Assembly: GCA_010093605.1 (NCBI GenBank)
Contig: MU004184.1
Location: forward strand, 1,808,801-1,872,800
Direction of reading: 5' to 3'
DNA from: Lophium mytilinum
Lineage: Eukaryota
DNA length: 64,000 nucleotides
The translations under genes and the position numbers were made by a program. Of the stretch, positions 35,734 to 48,000 are shown piece by piece. How positions within the stretch are numbered: the stretch's first letter is position 1; each line of letters opens with the position of its first letter. The notes beneath the pieces are model-generated. The model was given only the letters and a program-made list of their open reading frames with translations, had not been told where the DNA came from and did not search any database.

Positions 35734-37536
35734 GCTTCTGAGGGCAATCAAACAGAGTCGAGGTGCTTCCTGACTAGAGGGCTTATTTGAGATACTTTCT
35801 TCGAACGACAAATTGAGCTCGGCTCGGTATATGTAATTCTGATAGGAGACTGAACTCGAAGAGACCAAGAGACTCCTGGGAGTCAACAGGAGGGCCAAAA
35901 TGAGAGGCTGGCGCAAGGGAGGATTGAGGCGAGGAAATTGAAGCTAGGAAATGCTCATCCGCTCAAATGGCTCTATATGCTACTGACAGACTTCAACGTC
36001 TTCTGTACCATACACCCTTGCTTGTCATCGGCAATATGTGAAAGACCGTTCAGTTTTGTGGCACCTGCCTAGCTGCCTCACAGCTAGGAATACAAAATAC
36101 TCGGAGATGTGGAGAGAATGTTCTCTTGCAGAATTGATGTAACCTATCATAGCCTAAAGCAGTGTTCCATGCACGGATGGTACTCCGCGACATTCCCTGG
36201 AAGGGCCACGAGTCAACCGCTGTTCCAACCCTTCGCAGAACGAGATCAACGAGAACTTGAGTGATGCAAACTTTTCAGTAATTAAATTTGATTAGCCAAG
36301 ATAGGTTGCCTCTTCCGGAAGACTGAGAGATTGAAGAGTCACGTGACCTAGACTAAATCTGGATAGTGCTCAAAATAAACACAGATCGATTGCTCATCAG
36401 GCGTGCAGCGCGACTATTAGGATGAGTTTTATTTGAACGACACCTTTCTTACTCCTGGTTTATCCTTTCCATCCTCTTTCTTCAAACTTCACAACCTCAA
36501 CGTGCTTTTGGATTTTTGGCACGAATATCTGGAATATACACATTTCTATTTTTAGAATCTCAAGCTTTCGAGGCACAGTCGCCTTCCTTTCATCAAGACA
36601 TCATCAAGAACTAAAGTTAGCTTACTGACTATGGCGCGTCGACGATAGAGGAGGATTTTGAAGAGCTTTTGAACCTTCACCACCTACCAGAAAGCATGAA
36701 GGACGGATGAGGATGATCCGATTTGTAGGGTCTTTGCAACGCACTGTCAAGACTAGCGAAGCTATCCATAAAATCTCCAGTAAGTTGAGCGTCCAGCTTG
36801 GTAAAACCTACCCAAACTGACAGCTTGGCAGCACAGGCAGGAAATTCATCTCCATTCAAAATTGGCCACCACAACTTGGGGGGCCAAAGCCAAGCCTTTT
36901 GGTGCGTTACGACAAGGTAACGAGGTAACGCCGAGGCAGATTCGAGCGCATCCCGTGCCCAAGGTTTCAGCTTCATCATCCAGAACGTTCGAAGATAGAT
37001 TCTCGGATGGGAGTTCATCGATATTATCAGAGTCGCTGGCTCAGTATGAAGTTGAAAGCCGTTCAGGAGCCTTGAAGTCGGCGAACCCGATATAAATGTT
37101 TCAAACGGCCTGAAGTTTTAGCAGGTCACCCGTCGTCTGGGTTGATCAGCGCTAGAACAACGCCCAGCCAGCTGCAACAGCTCATCTCGCGTGCCGTCTG
37201 TCGTCATTTGGACCTGGGCCTTTTGAATGTTGCAACAAGCAGGACGAGAACGCATTTCTCGTCTGGCGATGCTCCCGTAAGTTCTGAATACCAGGTCCCG
37301 GCTTCAAAGACTCTGAACATCCTGCCGAGAATTACTACATACAGGGGTAGGACCTCGATGTGTAGATTAGCTTGATTAGCGCGCTTTTGTCTTGACGTAC
37401 GTGGACCTGGGAGGCGGAATTAAGGGCTGCGCAAGTGCCCTGATTACGTCTTTCCTCGGCGCATTTGTAGTTATCCAAGATCGAAGTTATTCCTATCCTC
37501 AACACTCCCCGCTCTTAGTAGCTACGAAACAACAAC

Positions 37537-38572
37537 ATGGCGCGTAAAGAGCTGTTTACACGTCGTTTGCTGCAGCTGTACTTGTTAACTTGCCTCTTCA
37601 GCGCAGTACGCGCCCAGACAACGACTGCGGCCCCTACGATACCACTCATTACTGACTTGAAGTTCATTGGCTATTGGTCTCCAACAACATCAGGTGGCTC
37701 TGCATGTGAGTGCTGCTTCAATCCTTCAAGCCCTTACGCGACTCTGATTGACGGTCCTTAGGGGAACCTCAATATTGCCCATCGGATTCGACATGGTATG
37801 AGACCTCGACATGGGGTCGATGCTGCCCAACCTCTATAACTAACGCAGACTGTTCCATGTGGACGGCTTGTGCTAGCACGTCAGTAATATTTGAGTCTGG
37901 AGGCGGCAGTGCTACGTGGTAGGTCTACCTTCGCGCGTTCTTTCGCAACATAATCTAATCATACCGCAAAACAGTGGGACCGCGAATTCTGTTTGCCGCA
38001 CTGCTACTATATCTCAGGATTCCAATGACCAGAAACCATTTTTATACGTTGGGTGCGGAGCGAACAATTGGACGGCCTATAGGACACCTCCTGAAGCAGT
38101 AGTCATAACGCTCACACCGACTGCTAAATCTACGGGCTCCTCGTCGACCGGCACTGCCACAACCTCCAGCGCGACATCCTCCGCAACCTCAACTCCGAAG
38201 AAGGACTCCGATAGCAAGATATGGATTGCAGGCGCTGTGCTCGGGCCAATATTTCTCGCTGCAGTCGCTGGCTTGCTGTGGTACATATGGATGTTGCGAA
38301 AAAGAGAGGCGCAAAAACGGGACGAGAGCGCTGCTCCAATGATTGCTCCTGCCGGCACATACAATCCAGGAGCAGACCCAAGGGCGTCGTACCAGTCTGC
38401 TTACTACCAACAACCATATCAGCAGAATCCTTTCGGAGACCAATCCTATGCGTACAAGAGCCCGGATCTGCAACAACAGCCTCTACAGACGGAACCGGTG
38501 GAGCTTAGCTCGGTACAAGCACCTGTAGAAGCTCCGGCTGAGCCTATGAGTCCAGTGGAACGACGGCGGTGA
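37537..38572 (+). CDS. Single-pass cell-surface protein (signal peptide, Cys-rich domain, Ser/Thr stalk, TM, Q/P-rich tail)
   Basis: Signal peptide ending SAVRA|Q; Cys-rich middle exon (CPSDSTW...GRCCPT...CSMWTAC); S/T stalk; IWIAGAVLGPIFLAAVAGLLWYIW followed by RKR; 2 introns. Confidence 0.8.
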
Positions 38573-39791
38573 GGGACCAAGAAGCGCACCAGGACCTAAA
38601 TAACTTGAACGATCTTGTTCATAGCACGAAAACATTAGAAGCATACGACGCGATCAGATCAAGTGCACGATTCGCCTCATGCCTGAAATCAGTTCAGATC
38701 GTCTCGTCTGTTCGTCCCAGTGCCCGACACGTCCAGGGACAAACAGGATGTCGTTGATTTCTCTGTCAACGCCGCAGCGAGAAAAACTTCTACGACGCTT
38801 CTTCGATGAACCATTACATGAGCGATTGTCGACAATGGGCTATGTCGAGAGATCTCGTCTGTAGTTTACAACTCCCAGCCCTCAAAAGCCTTCTCGTCTC
38901 GGTGTTAGGACTCATATGACAGTGGTGGGGAGATTCTTCCGCCACCCAGCTCCACACGACAGTCATAAGTTTCGCCAGTCTATGATGGCGAGGCCGTTCG
39001 CCCCCTCTGGACTTTGATAAGGTTCATTGGCTTTTTTTCGACCTGCTACACATTCGTATTGTAGCCACACACCTGCGGTTGCTTCCTTCACTGGACAATG
39101 TCTGCGTTCAACTAAAGTCATTAACCTGACCATTCCGAGACGAGTCTAAGACAGGGGCGGGATACGTGTGATTTACAGAGATGAGACGTTGTCGCCGAAA
39201 AGTGTTGTTCACAACGGCCTTGGTCGACTGATCGGGCTTCCTCGACAGGACGATTTGCGTAGGACTAGGCGCAGGCCGCAGACCGCAGCGCAATACGAAT
39301 CAGTCTTTGATCAGGAAGCTAGTCCGCAAATGGGAGGATACCGCGCTCTCCATGAACAGCTCCAGACGGTACCTTCGCGAGGGAACACTGGAGAGATATT
39401 CGTCATGGCCCAGTCTCGAACTGAAGCGGGATGGCTGCAATTCTGTCGAGCACGAGATACGGCAACTCTGCAAACACGTGGATATTCATGGTATTAGTGT
39501 CTCGTGTTTCCAGCCTTCGAAAACGTCCGTATGTAGGAAAAACTGAGTGGCAGCTCAAGGGCGCCTCTCAAGCTCGACCGAGATAAAAACAACCGATATG
39601 ACGCCACCCAATGTGATGTACTCATCAATGTGCACTGCCATGGATCTGACTTCTCGATGGTTTTGATGCAACTCCTCCGCACGAACTGATCTATCCCACC
39701 AATATGACCTCGTCCCCACAGTAGATCCGCCCCACCTCCATTCTCCACTTTCGAAAGCTTCGCCCCCTTCGCATGTTCCCCGACACTCCAC

Positions 39792-40046
39792 CTAGTACGG
39801 CTTCCACCGAATCTGCGCGTTGTTGGTAGGGTTCGCAGCCGCCTTCTTCTGCGCCTCGAGCTCGGTCTCGTCGAGATCGACCTCGGTGACGGCCCCGCGG
39901 GTAGTACGCTTCTTGACGTTCAACCAAATCATGGTGCCCAGGATCAGGATGAGGATGAGGCCTAGTGGGACACCGATGCCGATGGCCGCTTTGTCTTTGA
40001 GGGCGAGGCGGGGGAGGAGGCGGTGAGTTGGGGTTGTGGAGGACAT
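39792..40046 (-). CDS. Small single-TM hypothetical protein (84 aa)
   Basis: ATG-initiated GC-rich ORF with LKDKAAIGIGVPLGLILILILGTMIW followed by KKR, a common fungal small membrane protein pattern. Confidence 0.5.
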   Translation of the reverse strand: MSSTTPTHRLLPRLALKDKAAIGIGVPLGLILILILGTMIWLNVKKRTTRGAVTEVDLDETELEAQKKAAANPTNNAQIRWKPY

Positions 40047-42020
40047 GGCTGTGGTCTTGTCGTGGCTTCGAAGTGTTCGAGGCGAGAGTGGTTTGGTCGT
40101 GGGTTCGGGTCCACCAGAGAGGTAGAATAGTGGCAGATGTATGTGGAACTGGGGGTGGTGTTAGAAAGTGAAACAGAAGCACAAGTGCCCGCTGGCCGCT
40201 TCCGCTCGGGTTACAAAAGCTGTGATACTCACTCGAAGTTACGCTTTGAAGGAGGCACGAAACCCAATCTAAAAATCGCCGAACACAACACACTGATCCC
40301 ACAACACTCTTGTCAAGTTCAAACACAAAAACACAAACCCAGCAGCAGAATCAAGAAAGAGCCCAAGAACCGCTCCAACCCGCGGCCAAGCCCATACTTA
40401 TCCCCAACCCCAATCACCCCGGCCCCAAAATACCCACCTCGTAAACCTGACCTACCTTTCCCATCCCAGCCAGAGCCTTACTCCCAAAACCCCCGTCCCT
40501 CTCCCCATCCAACCAATCACGCCATCCATCGCCCAGCAATCACCAGCGGAGATCGCACGCGTGGTTACTCACTCCAGCAACTCGCCCGTGCGAGCTGCCT
40601 TTCGCGGAAAGTAAGCGCGGCGATCAGTGTGCCTCTACCGAGCTGCCTGTTTGCGATCGCGTAGGGCGCTGTGCGGCGGCTTCGATATTGCATGGGGAGC
40701 GGGATTGGAGGGAGGGGGTCAAGCTTTTGGCTGGCGCCGCTGGGCGTAAGCGTTTCGCGGAGAGGGCGGTTTGGGGAAGGAGGCCTGCGGGTGAGTGAGG
40801 CTTTGGGTGCATTTGGCAGAGATCGGATCGCGGAAGGTGGAGTAGGCCGATGTCCCAATAGATTTCTTTGTTATATATATACGAACTTGACTGTGACCTG
40901 ACCGCACTGTATATTGCTACAGTGGAAACAGGTAAGGTAAGTAGGTAGGTTTAGATAATGGGCAGGATGTTGGTCACGTGATTTGGGACTTATCGCTATA
41001 TTCTCACGTCAAACACAATTTGAAGGCAGCTGGAATGATAGGCTCAATTTACGAAAGTACTGTGCCTAAAATTAGCGACTGCTTAACTTGTAGAGCTCTC
41101 ACGAGGTTCCCGTATAGATTAGCTCTATGGAGCTAAGATATACGACTAAGGAGGTTTTATGATCTGGTGCATGTAAATATGAGTGCTAAGTGAGTGTAAT
41201 AGTAGGACCAAGTATCATACCAATCTACAGTTAAAGCAAATTTGCATCGCAACAGCACCATACTCTTTCAACAATGCTCCGTACTAGATGGAGCCTCTAG
41301 CACGCACACGCTTACGAAGTACCCGAGGCCGAGGCTATGCTCTTAGCATGGGGAGAAAAGCCTGTATAAATTGGCATCACCAAAATTTGTTTTCAGAGGG
41401 TACTTAACAGGAGCCTGCTTTCTGTAAACAATTTTCGAGCGAACTTCCCCTCAGATCAAGCCGGTCCGCCTCTTTACGCCCAACGGTGTTTTTCTGTCGG
41501 AAATAGAATAACCACGGATCGTGTCGCTATGAAATCGCATCAGATCAGCGCCATCTTCAGAGTCCTCCTTGGTCCTCCTGGGATACTAGCTGCGTCTCCT
41601 CTTCATTCCCAATCCTCTCCAACGATACGAAGATCGGGCAGAACAGTAGCAATGACCAGACGAATCAAGTCAAGGGCAATGTCCCAGAAACTACCGTCTG
41701 ACTCTTTAAGTGGTTCTAGTCTCCACACACCGCGTACGATTATGATACTGAAGGGTAGAAGCCAGACGAACGTCTGCTGCTCACAGGTAATGAGGTGAGA
41801 GAAAATTTACCTGCGCCCGATCTCGAGGTTCGATATTGCCAAGCGGTGCAATGCTGCGCCAGGCCAGCTCAGCCTCACAGGAGGCATATCCAAGATTTCT
41901 CGGCCCCCATATCAAGCCAAGAGCCCTGCAGATCGACTTGCGAACATCGTCGACGTCCAGCCTAGGCCGTGCTGGAGCGGAGCCTACTCATCGATAGCTT
42001 TGTCTTATATATAGGTCAAG

Positions 42021-45000
42021 ATGACCTCGGACGTCACGGCCCGCGCGAAAGCGGCAGATACGATTACACCTGGCAAGGACATCTGCCTGCTTGCGCTCGA
42101 TGGCGGCGGTGTGCGCGGCCTCTCCGCGCTTCACATCCTCAAGCAGCTCATGGAGCTGGTAGACCCAGAAAACCCACCAAAACCATGCGACTACTTCGAC
42201 CTTATCGGAGGCACCTCAACGGGAGGCCTCATCGCCATCATGTTGGGTCGCCTGCACATGAACGTGGACGAATGCATCACCGAGTACAAGAAGCTCTCAA
42301 CGAGAGTTTTCACGAAGATACACCACCGAATAAATTGGAAGGGAGATGTGCAGGGACGGTTTGATCATGAAGCTCTCGTGCTCGGTGTGCAAGAGCTTCT
42401 TGTGTCGAGAGGGTTGGACAAAGATGTACTGCTTAAAGATGCAGCGGGAGCCTCTGGCTGCAAGACGTAAGTTGCCTGTTTGCACTATTGCTCAACCTGG
42501 TTTAGTCGTCGCTGATACTGAATACTCCAAACACAGCTTCGTCTGTGCTACAAGTGAACTGACAGGCGACACCGTCATCCTGTCGAGTTACTTTTCAAGA
42601 AGGAGAGGTACCTCGCTATTGAACGTAGCCAAGGTGTGGGAAGCCTCGAGAGCTACTTCTGCAGCTAGCTCCTTCTTCGATTCCATTCAGATTGATAGCG
42701 AGGGTTTTGTGGATGGCGCTAGTGGTGCCAACAATCCTATCGACGAGATTTGGTCGGAGGCTCGAGACATCTGGCGTGAAAGCAGTGACTGGAGACTAGA
42801 AGATAATCTCAGATGTCTCGTATCCATTGGGACTGGAGTACCTACGCTGAAGCCTTTTGGGAAAGACGCAATCAAGATTGGGAAGTCCTTGGTCTCCATC
42901 GCTCTGGATACGGAACGCAGACATAACACGTTCCAGAAGCATCATTCTAGCTTATTCCGAGAGAATCGCGGTTTTCGCTTTAATGTCATCCGCGGCTTGG
43001 AAGACATTGGGCTGGAAGAAGCGGACAAGCAAGGAGATATCCTTGCCGCGACACGGAGATATACGCAGTCTGAGGACATCTATGATCGGATGGAGGCATG
43101 TGCGCAGGCTCTGCATGACAGAAAATGTGCGTCTACCGCTTGATATTTCGAGAAGTTCTACCTTCGACCGTGGACGATAACGAATCATGTTTTTCGTTCC
43201 TGCAAGCTAATTAGTCTTTCATAATGTTTAGGGTTTTGGCAGACCGTTCAAGAAGTTTACTCGAAGGACAAGCAATATGATTTGTCGTACTCTTTTTCCG
43301 ATGACTCGCCTCTTCGTGAGCAATACTTCATGCCATATTGCAATACCTCTAGTTTCCGAGCATGGTGCGAGAACAAGGCAACAGGATTACGATGCGAACC
43401 GCCACCAAATGCACCGTGGCCTACCCGCTCTCTTGCTGCATTCATCCTGGATCAACTGCGCGCTATAAAGCCTCGATCTTTTTTGAACACAACAGAAGAC
43501 GTAAATGTCCTAGTCGCACGTTGGGATTCGTCAGCGGATGGCAGCCTCAAAGATCTGCACCAGGTCTGGCTCTCTTTGCTCGGCCAGACTTTGAAGCTGA
43601 TTCTAGATCGATATTTGAACGGCAATACACTAGAACACGAGCTTGAACACACTGCCCGAAATTTGCTCCCAATTGCCGCCTGTCAGCAGTTCTATGTAGC
43701 CAGAAAATATGGTCAGCAACGTGTTCAATCCGGCCAGCTTCTAGCGACCTTGAAAAGCATTCTACTGGACAATGACGAACCAGTCGTCATGGTGCTATTA
43801 GGGAGTGTAAAAACAGAGCATTGGATGAACGTAATAGGGTCACTTGCCGCAAACTCTACGACAAGACATATCAAAATCCTCCTCTGTGGCGAAGTGAGCG
43901 ATTTGGGATCACCGAATTTCCGGCACTTCGAATCGATCGACGCGAAAACTGAGTATAAAGGTATTTTGGCCGGATGATAGACTATTTGCTTACTGACAAA
44001 TTCGCAGAGTGTATACAGTCGCTCTGCTTAGATGGTTATCGCGATCGTCGGGATGAAGTAGCGATCCGAGAACCAGAAACCAATCAGTGGATCTGGAATC
44101 ATCCTTCATTCCAGGCATGGGCTTCGTCCAAGACTGGCGTACTCTGTATTCTAGGAAAACCCGGCAGCGGCAAATCCGTCTTGGCTAAGACAATTCAAGA
44201 GAATGAGGTTGCTAAATCCACGGTTTCGAGCTATTGGTTCTACAGTAAACGGAAAGGTGAAAAATACACCAGCCACGCTTCTCTCATCCAGACAGTTCTC
44301 TGCCAGATATTGGAGTCAAATTCAAAATATCTTCCCTACTATTACGACTCGTATCGTAGGAGGTACCCAGAACGAAGCATTTTGACTATAGAAGACATGA
44401 TATGTGTTCTGAAAAAGATCGCTGAAGCTGGAGAAAGCATATTCTGCCTGATCGACGCCCTTGATGAGGCAGATGACGATACGATTTTGCATACGATCGG
44501 CGACCTTGTTTTTCACACTCCGAACTCTCGGATGAAATTCATCATCTTGAGCCGTCCTTTGCCTTGTCTCGAGCAAAAGCATTGGCTAGATTACAGTGTT
44601 GTCCTCCAAAGGGAGAATGAACCAGATGTCCAGAGAATCATCGACGCGGGACTGAAGCGCCTCCAAGAAGCCATGCATTCTCTTGATAGCGACGAGGATA
44701 CGGACGGGGAGGACGATGACTCGCCATCTATTCGGCGTGGGCCTTTGAGGACTAAATCAAGTCCTATGCACAAGACGTCTCAACGGCGCATAAAAGCTCG
44801 ACATCCAGAACAGACCGACATGACGACAATTCGAGAAGCCTTACTCCTCCGCTCCGACGGTGTGATTCTTTGGGTCGCCCTATGTATTGAAGAACTCCTT
44901 AAGCTAGTCAGAAGCCCATTATTCAGAACCCACCAGTTGAAAGTCAAGATCAACAGCCTGCCGGCCGACATGACCGATTTCTATTCTCAGATTGTGCACG

Positions 45001-48000
45001 ACTTACAGAACGCACTGAGCGAGGATGACCTGGCGGTAAGTCGACAAGCCTTGATGTGGGTCGCTGGGGCAAGTGAGCTAGGAACATTTCATTTGCAGGA
45101 GCTCTGGGACGCTCTTGCAGTCTCGGCGCCGCCCACAGGACCCATACCGGAGGGAGATGATCCTATCGTCTTCAACAGAATCCAAGTAAGAACTTGGAAT
45201 CAATTTCGCCGTACACTCCAGAAATTGTGCGGGCCCTTTATCGAAGTCTTGCCAAGCGAGTCAGATGGACATTCTCAGAGTGCACCGAGAAAAGAGCATG
45301 CCGGTCCAGAGTCCATCGTCCAATTGATGCATCAAACGAGTAAGGACTTCTTGGGAAACCGCGATGACGCAGGTCCATTGCATTTCACCAGGGAGGCCGC
45401 AAGAGCGTTTGTTATTGATGGTATAATCCGCTATTTGATCACATCCCACACCTACGTACCAGAAATCCAGTCCTCGCCCTCGCCCGACTGGATATTCCAA
45501 TGGGTAAAGTCCGTTGATAATCTTACCGCGTACTTGGACGATAGGAAAATGCTCCATTTTGCTCTTGCGGTCTCTAAAAGCGAGCAACTGGTGGTGGACG
45601 TAACTACGGCGATCGCGCGAGCATGTCTACTTCCAAAAATGCAGATCCACGATGCCAACGTCCAACTGCATGATAAAGCTTTCGATGAAATCCCCCAGAA
45701 GCTCATGGGTTTTATCGGGGCAGAGTCCGCGCTTGTTGGTAGATTGTTTTATAACGCAGTCACTTATGGTCTTTCAAATGCCGTCGTCAATCTACTAGAC
45801 ATGTCCATGCTAATCGAAACTTGGTGGCCTCAATTCGAAGACAGTGTGCTCAACGCTGCATATTTGGCTGCCTTGGATCACAACATGAACGAACTAGGGG
45901 ATCTTTTATGGACTGATGCTAGAAAGGAAAAGTATAACGTTTTTTCACTCCCTCCGAAGATACGAGCACAAGCCTCTTCTCTAGGTGAAATCTCTGGGGA
46001 CGAAGATGACGTCGAAGTAGCGATATCACGGATCATCAGCCGCTGGCAATTATTGGAACGGCGTGGCACTATTGGCACTCTTGGGGTTTGCGCGCTTGAT
46101 TCCAAGGCTCGAAGCAAACCAATCAGTAGACTCCTAGAGCAAATCAGCCAAAATGCTGAGTTCGACATCATAATGTTCGGGGATAAAAACATTCTGGACG
46201 AGCCAGTGGAGAATTGGCCGCCCTGCGACTTCCTCATCTCGTTCTTCTCGGGAGGCTTTCCCCTTCAAAAGGCCATTGACTACGTAACGCTGCGAAAGCC
46301 ACACTGTGTGAACGATCTACACATGCAGATGGCTCTCCGGGATAGACGAGTGACCCTTGCATTTCTCGATGAAATAGGTGTACCTACCATTGAGCGAGTT
46401 GAAGTGAACCGAGATGGGGATTTTGCGATGCCTTACGCAGTCCTTATCCGGCGAGTGAACTCGGGTTCCGGACTTGTTACACTCGAAGAAGACGGTGATG
46501 TTCTCGTCGTTGGCGTAAAACGACTAAGAAAGCCCTTTGTGGAAAAACCAGTAGACTCTGATGACCACAATATCTACATATACTTTTCGAATGATCAGGG
46601 CGGAGGAGGAAGAAGGCTTTTCCGAAAGACTAACAACAAGAGTTCAGAGGTAGATGAAACTCTCCATGTCCCCCGAGCCATTACGGAACCTGAAAGCAGC
46701 TACATATATGAGAAATTCTTAGAAGCCGAAAATGCGGAGGACGTCAAAGCATATACCGCCGGTGAATTTTATTGTCGTGCAGAGACAAGGAAGGCTCCAA
46801 TAGTCGATGGCGTTGTCAAGCGTAATACTCACGGAAAGGAGATTCGCTACATCACAAGTTTATCCCGCGATGAAACTAGGATGGCGTCCAAAATTGTACA
46901 AGGCTTCGGCCAGACAGTCTGTGGTTTTGGCATTATCCGTTCGAATGGTCAGAGCTACGTCCACAGCGTTAGTGGTTGGAGCTTGGTGAAGGACAATGCA
47001 GAGTATTCGAAAAATTGCGCCGCCGTCTTACGACAGTTGTTCATCGATGAAACCAGGAATCGTGAATTACCCCGAGGTCTGGCCAAAACTTTTATATCCA
47101 GGAACGTACAATCTAGGTCCGTTCAGGCTTCATTTAATAAAAAATTGGAGTGGGACCTGCCAGAGTTGAGTACCGCCCCCAAAGGCCATGAATACAACGA
47201 CCTATATCCTATTCAGCTCCGCCGTCACGAATCAAGGACGCTACCCGGAATTTCGAAACACTTCGCTCCGTCATCATTGCGCAGTCCAGTAACAGGGTCT
47301 GGAGGATCAAAACCTTCAAGTCTACCCTCGTCCCGCGACATTAAGTATGGACATAATTCAGGGTTGTCCTCCAGTGGTACCTCTGATAAGAAATCACCGA
47401 TGGCGTGGAAGTTAAAGGGGATCGTTGCAGTTCACAGCCATGGAGACAGCACCCCTAAACAAGATCTCGAGTTCACTTTTCACACAGACCCATTCATTGA
47501 CTTACTCGAAGGCCATGGAAATGAAGTGACGTTGACAAAACAGTCTGCCATCACGCGCCTACAATCAGTCGCAGACTCAGCGCTCCATGTTGCTGCTGAA
47601 AATGCCGATGATTTGAGAAAGCTCAATACCGCGCTGCAGAAGACAGTCAAAGAAGTCAAACTGTCAACCAAACCAACCGATTTTGGATCACCTCCTGTTC
47701 CTGAACAAGTTAATTTGGTTATACATCTTGGAAATGACCCCACTCATGCACTCATTTATCAAACACGAGAGCTAGCAGAAAACTTCCGGCGCGAGTTCCT
47801 TCTTATGAACGCGGAGCTTTTGGGTGACTTGCATGTTTTCTGCTCTTCAGAGGCAGCAGCATCGTATACCGCACATATATTTACCGCGAGGTTGTTAGGC
47901 TTCAATGATATTCCTTCGGACTTCATCCAGGAACGAAATGACCTCCTCGGCGATTCTTTAGATGCCACAGGTCAGCTAGAAACGGCTCAAAAGCAACTCA

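Noticed and set aside
38900..39760. Short ORFs resembling a broken gene
   Set aside because: Multiple stops, no identifiable domain and no consistent splice model.
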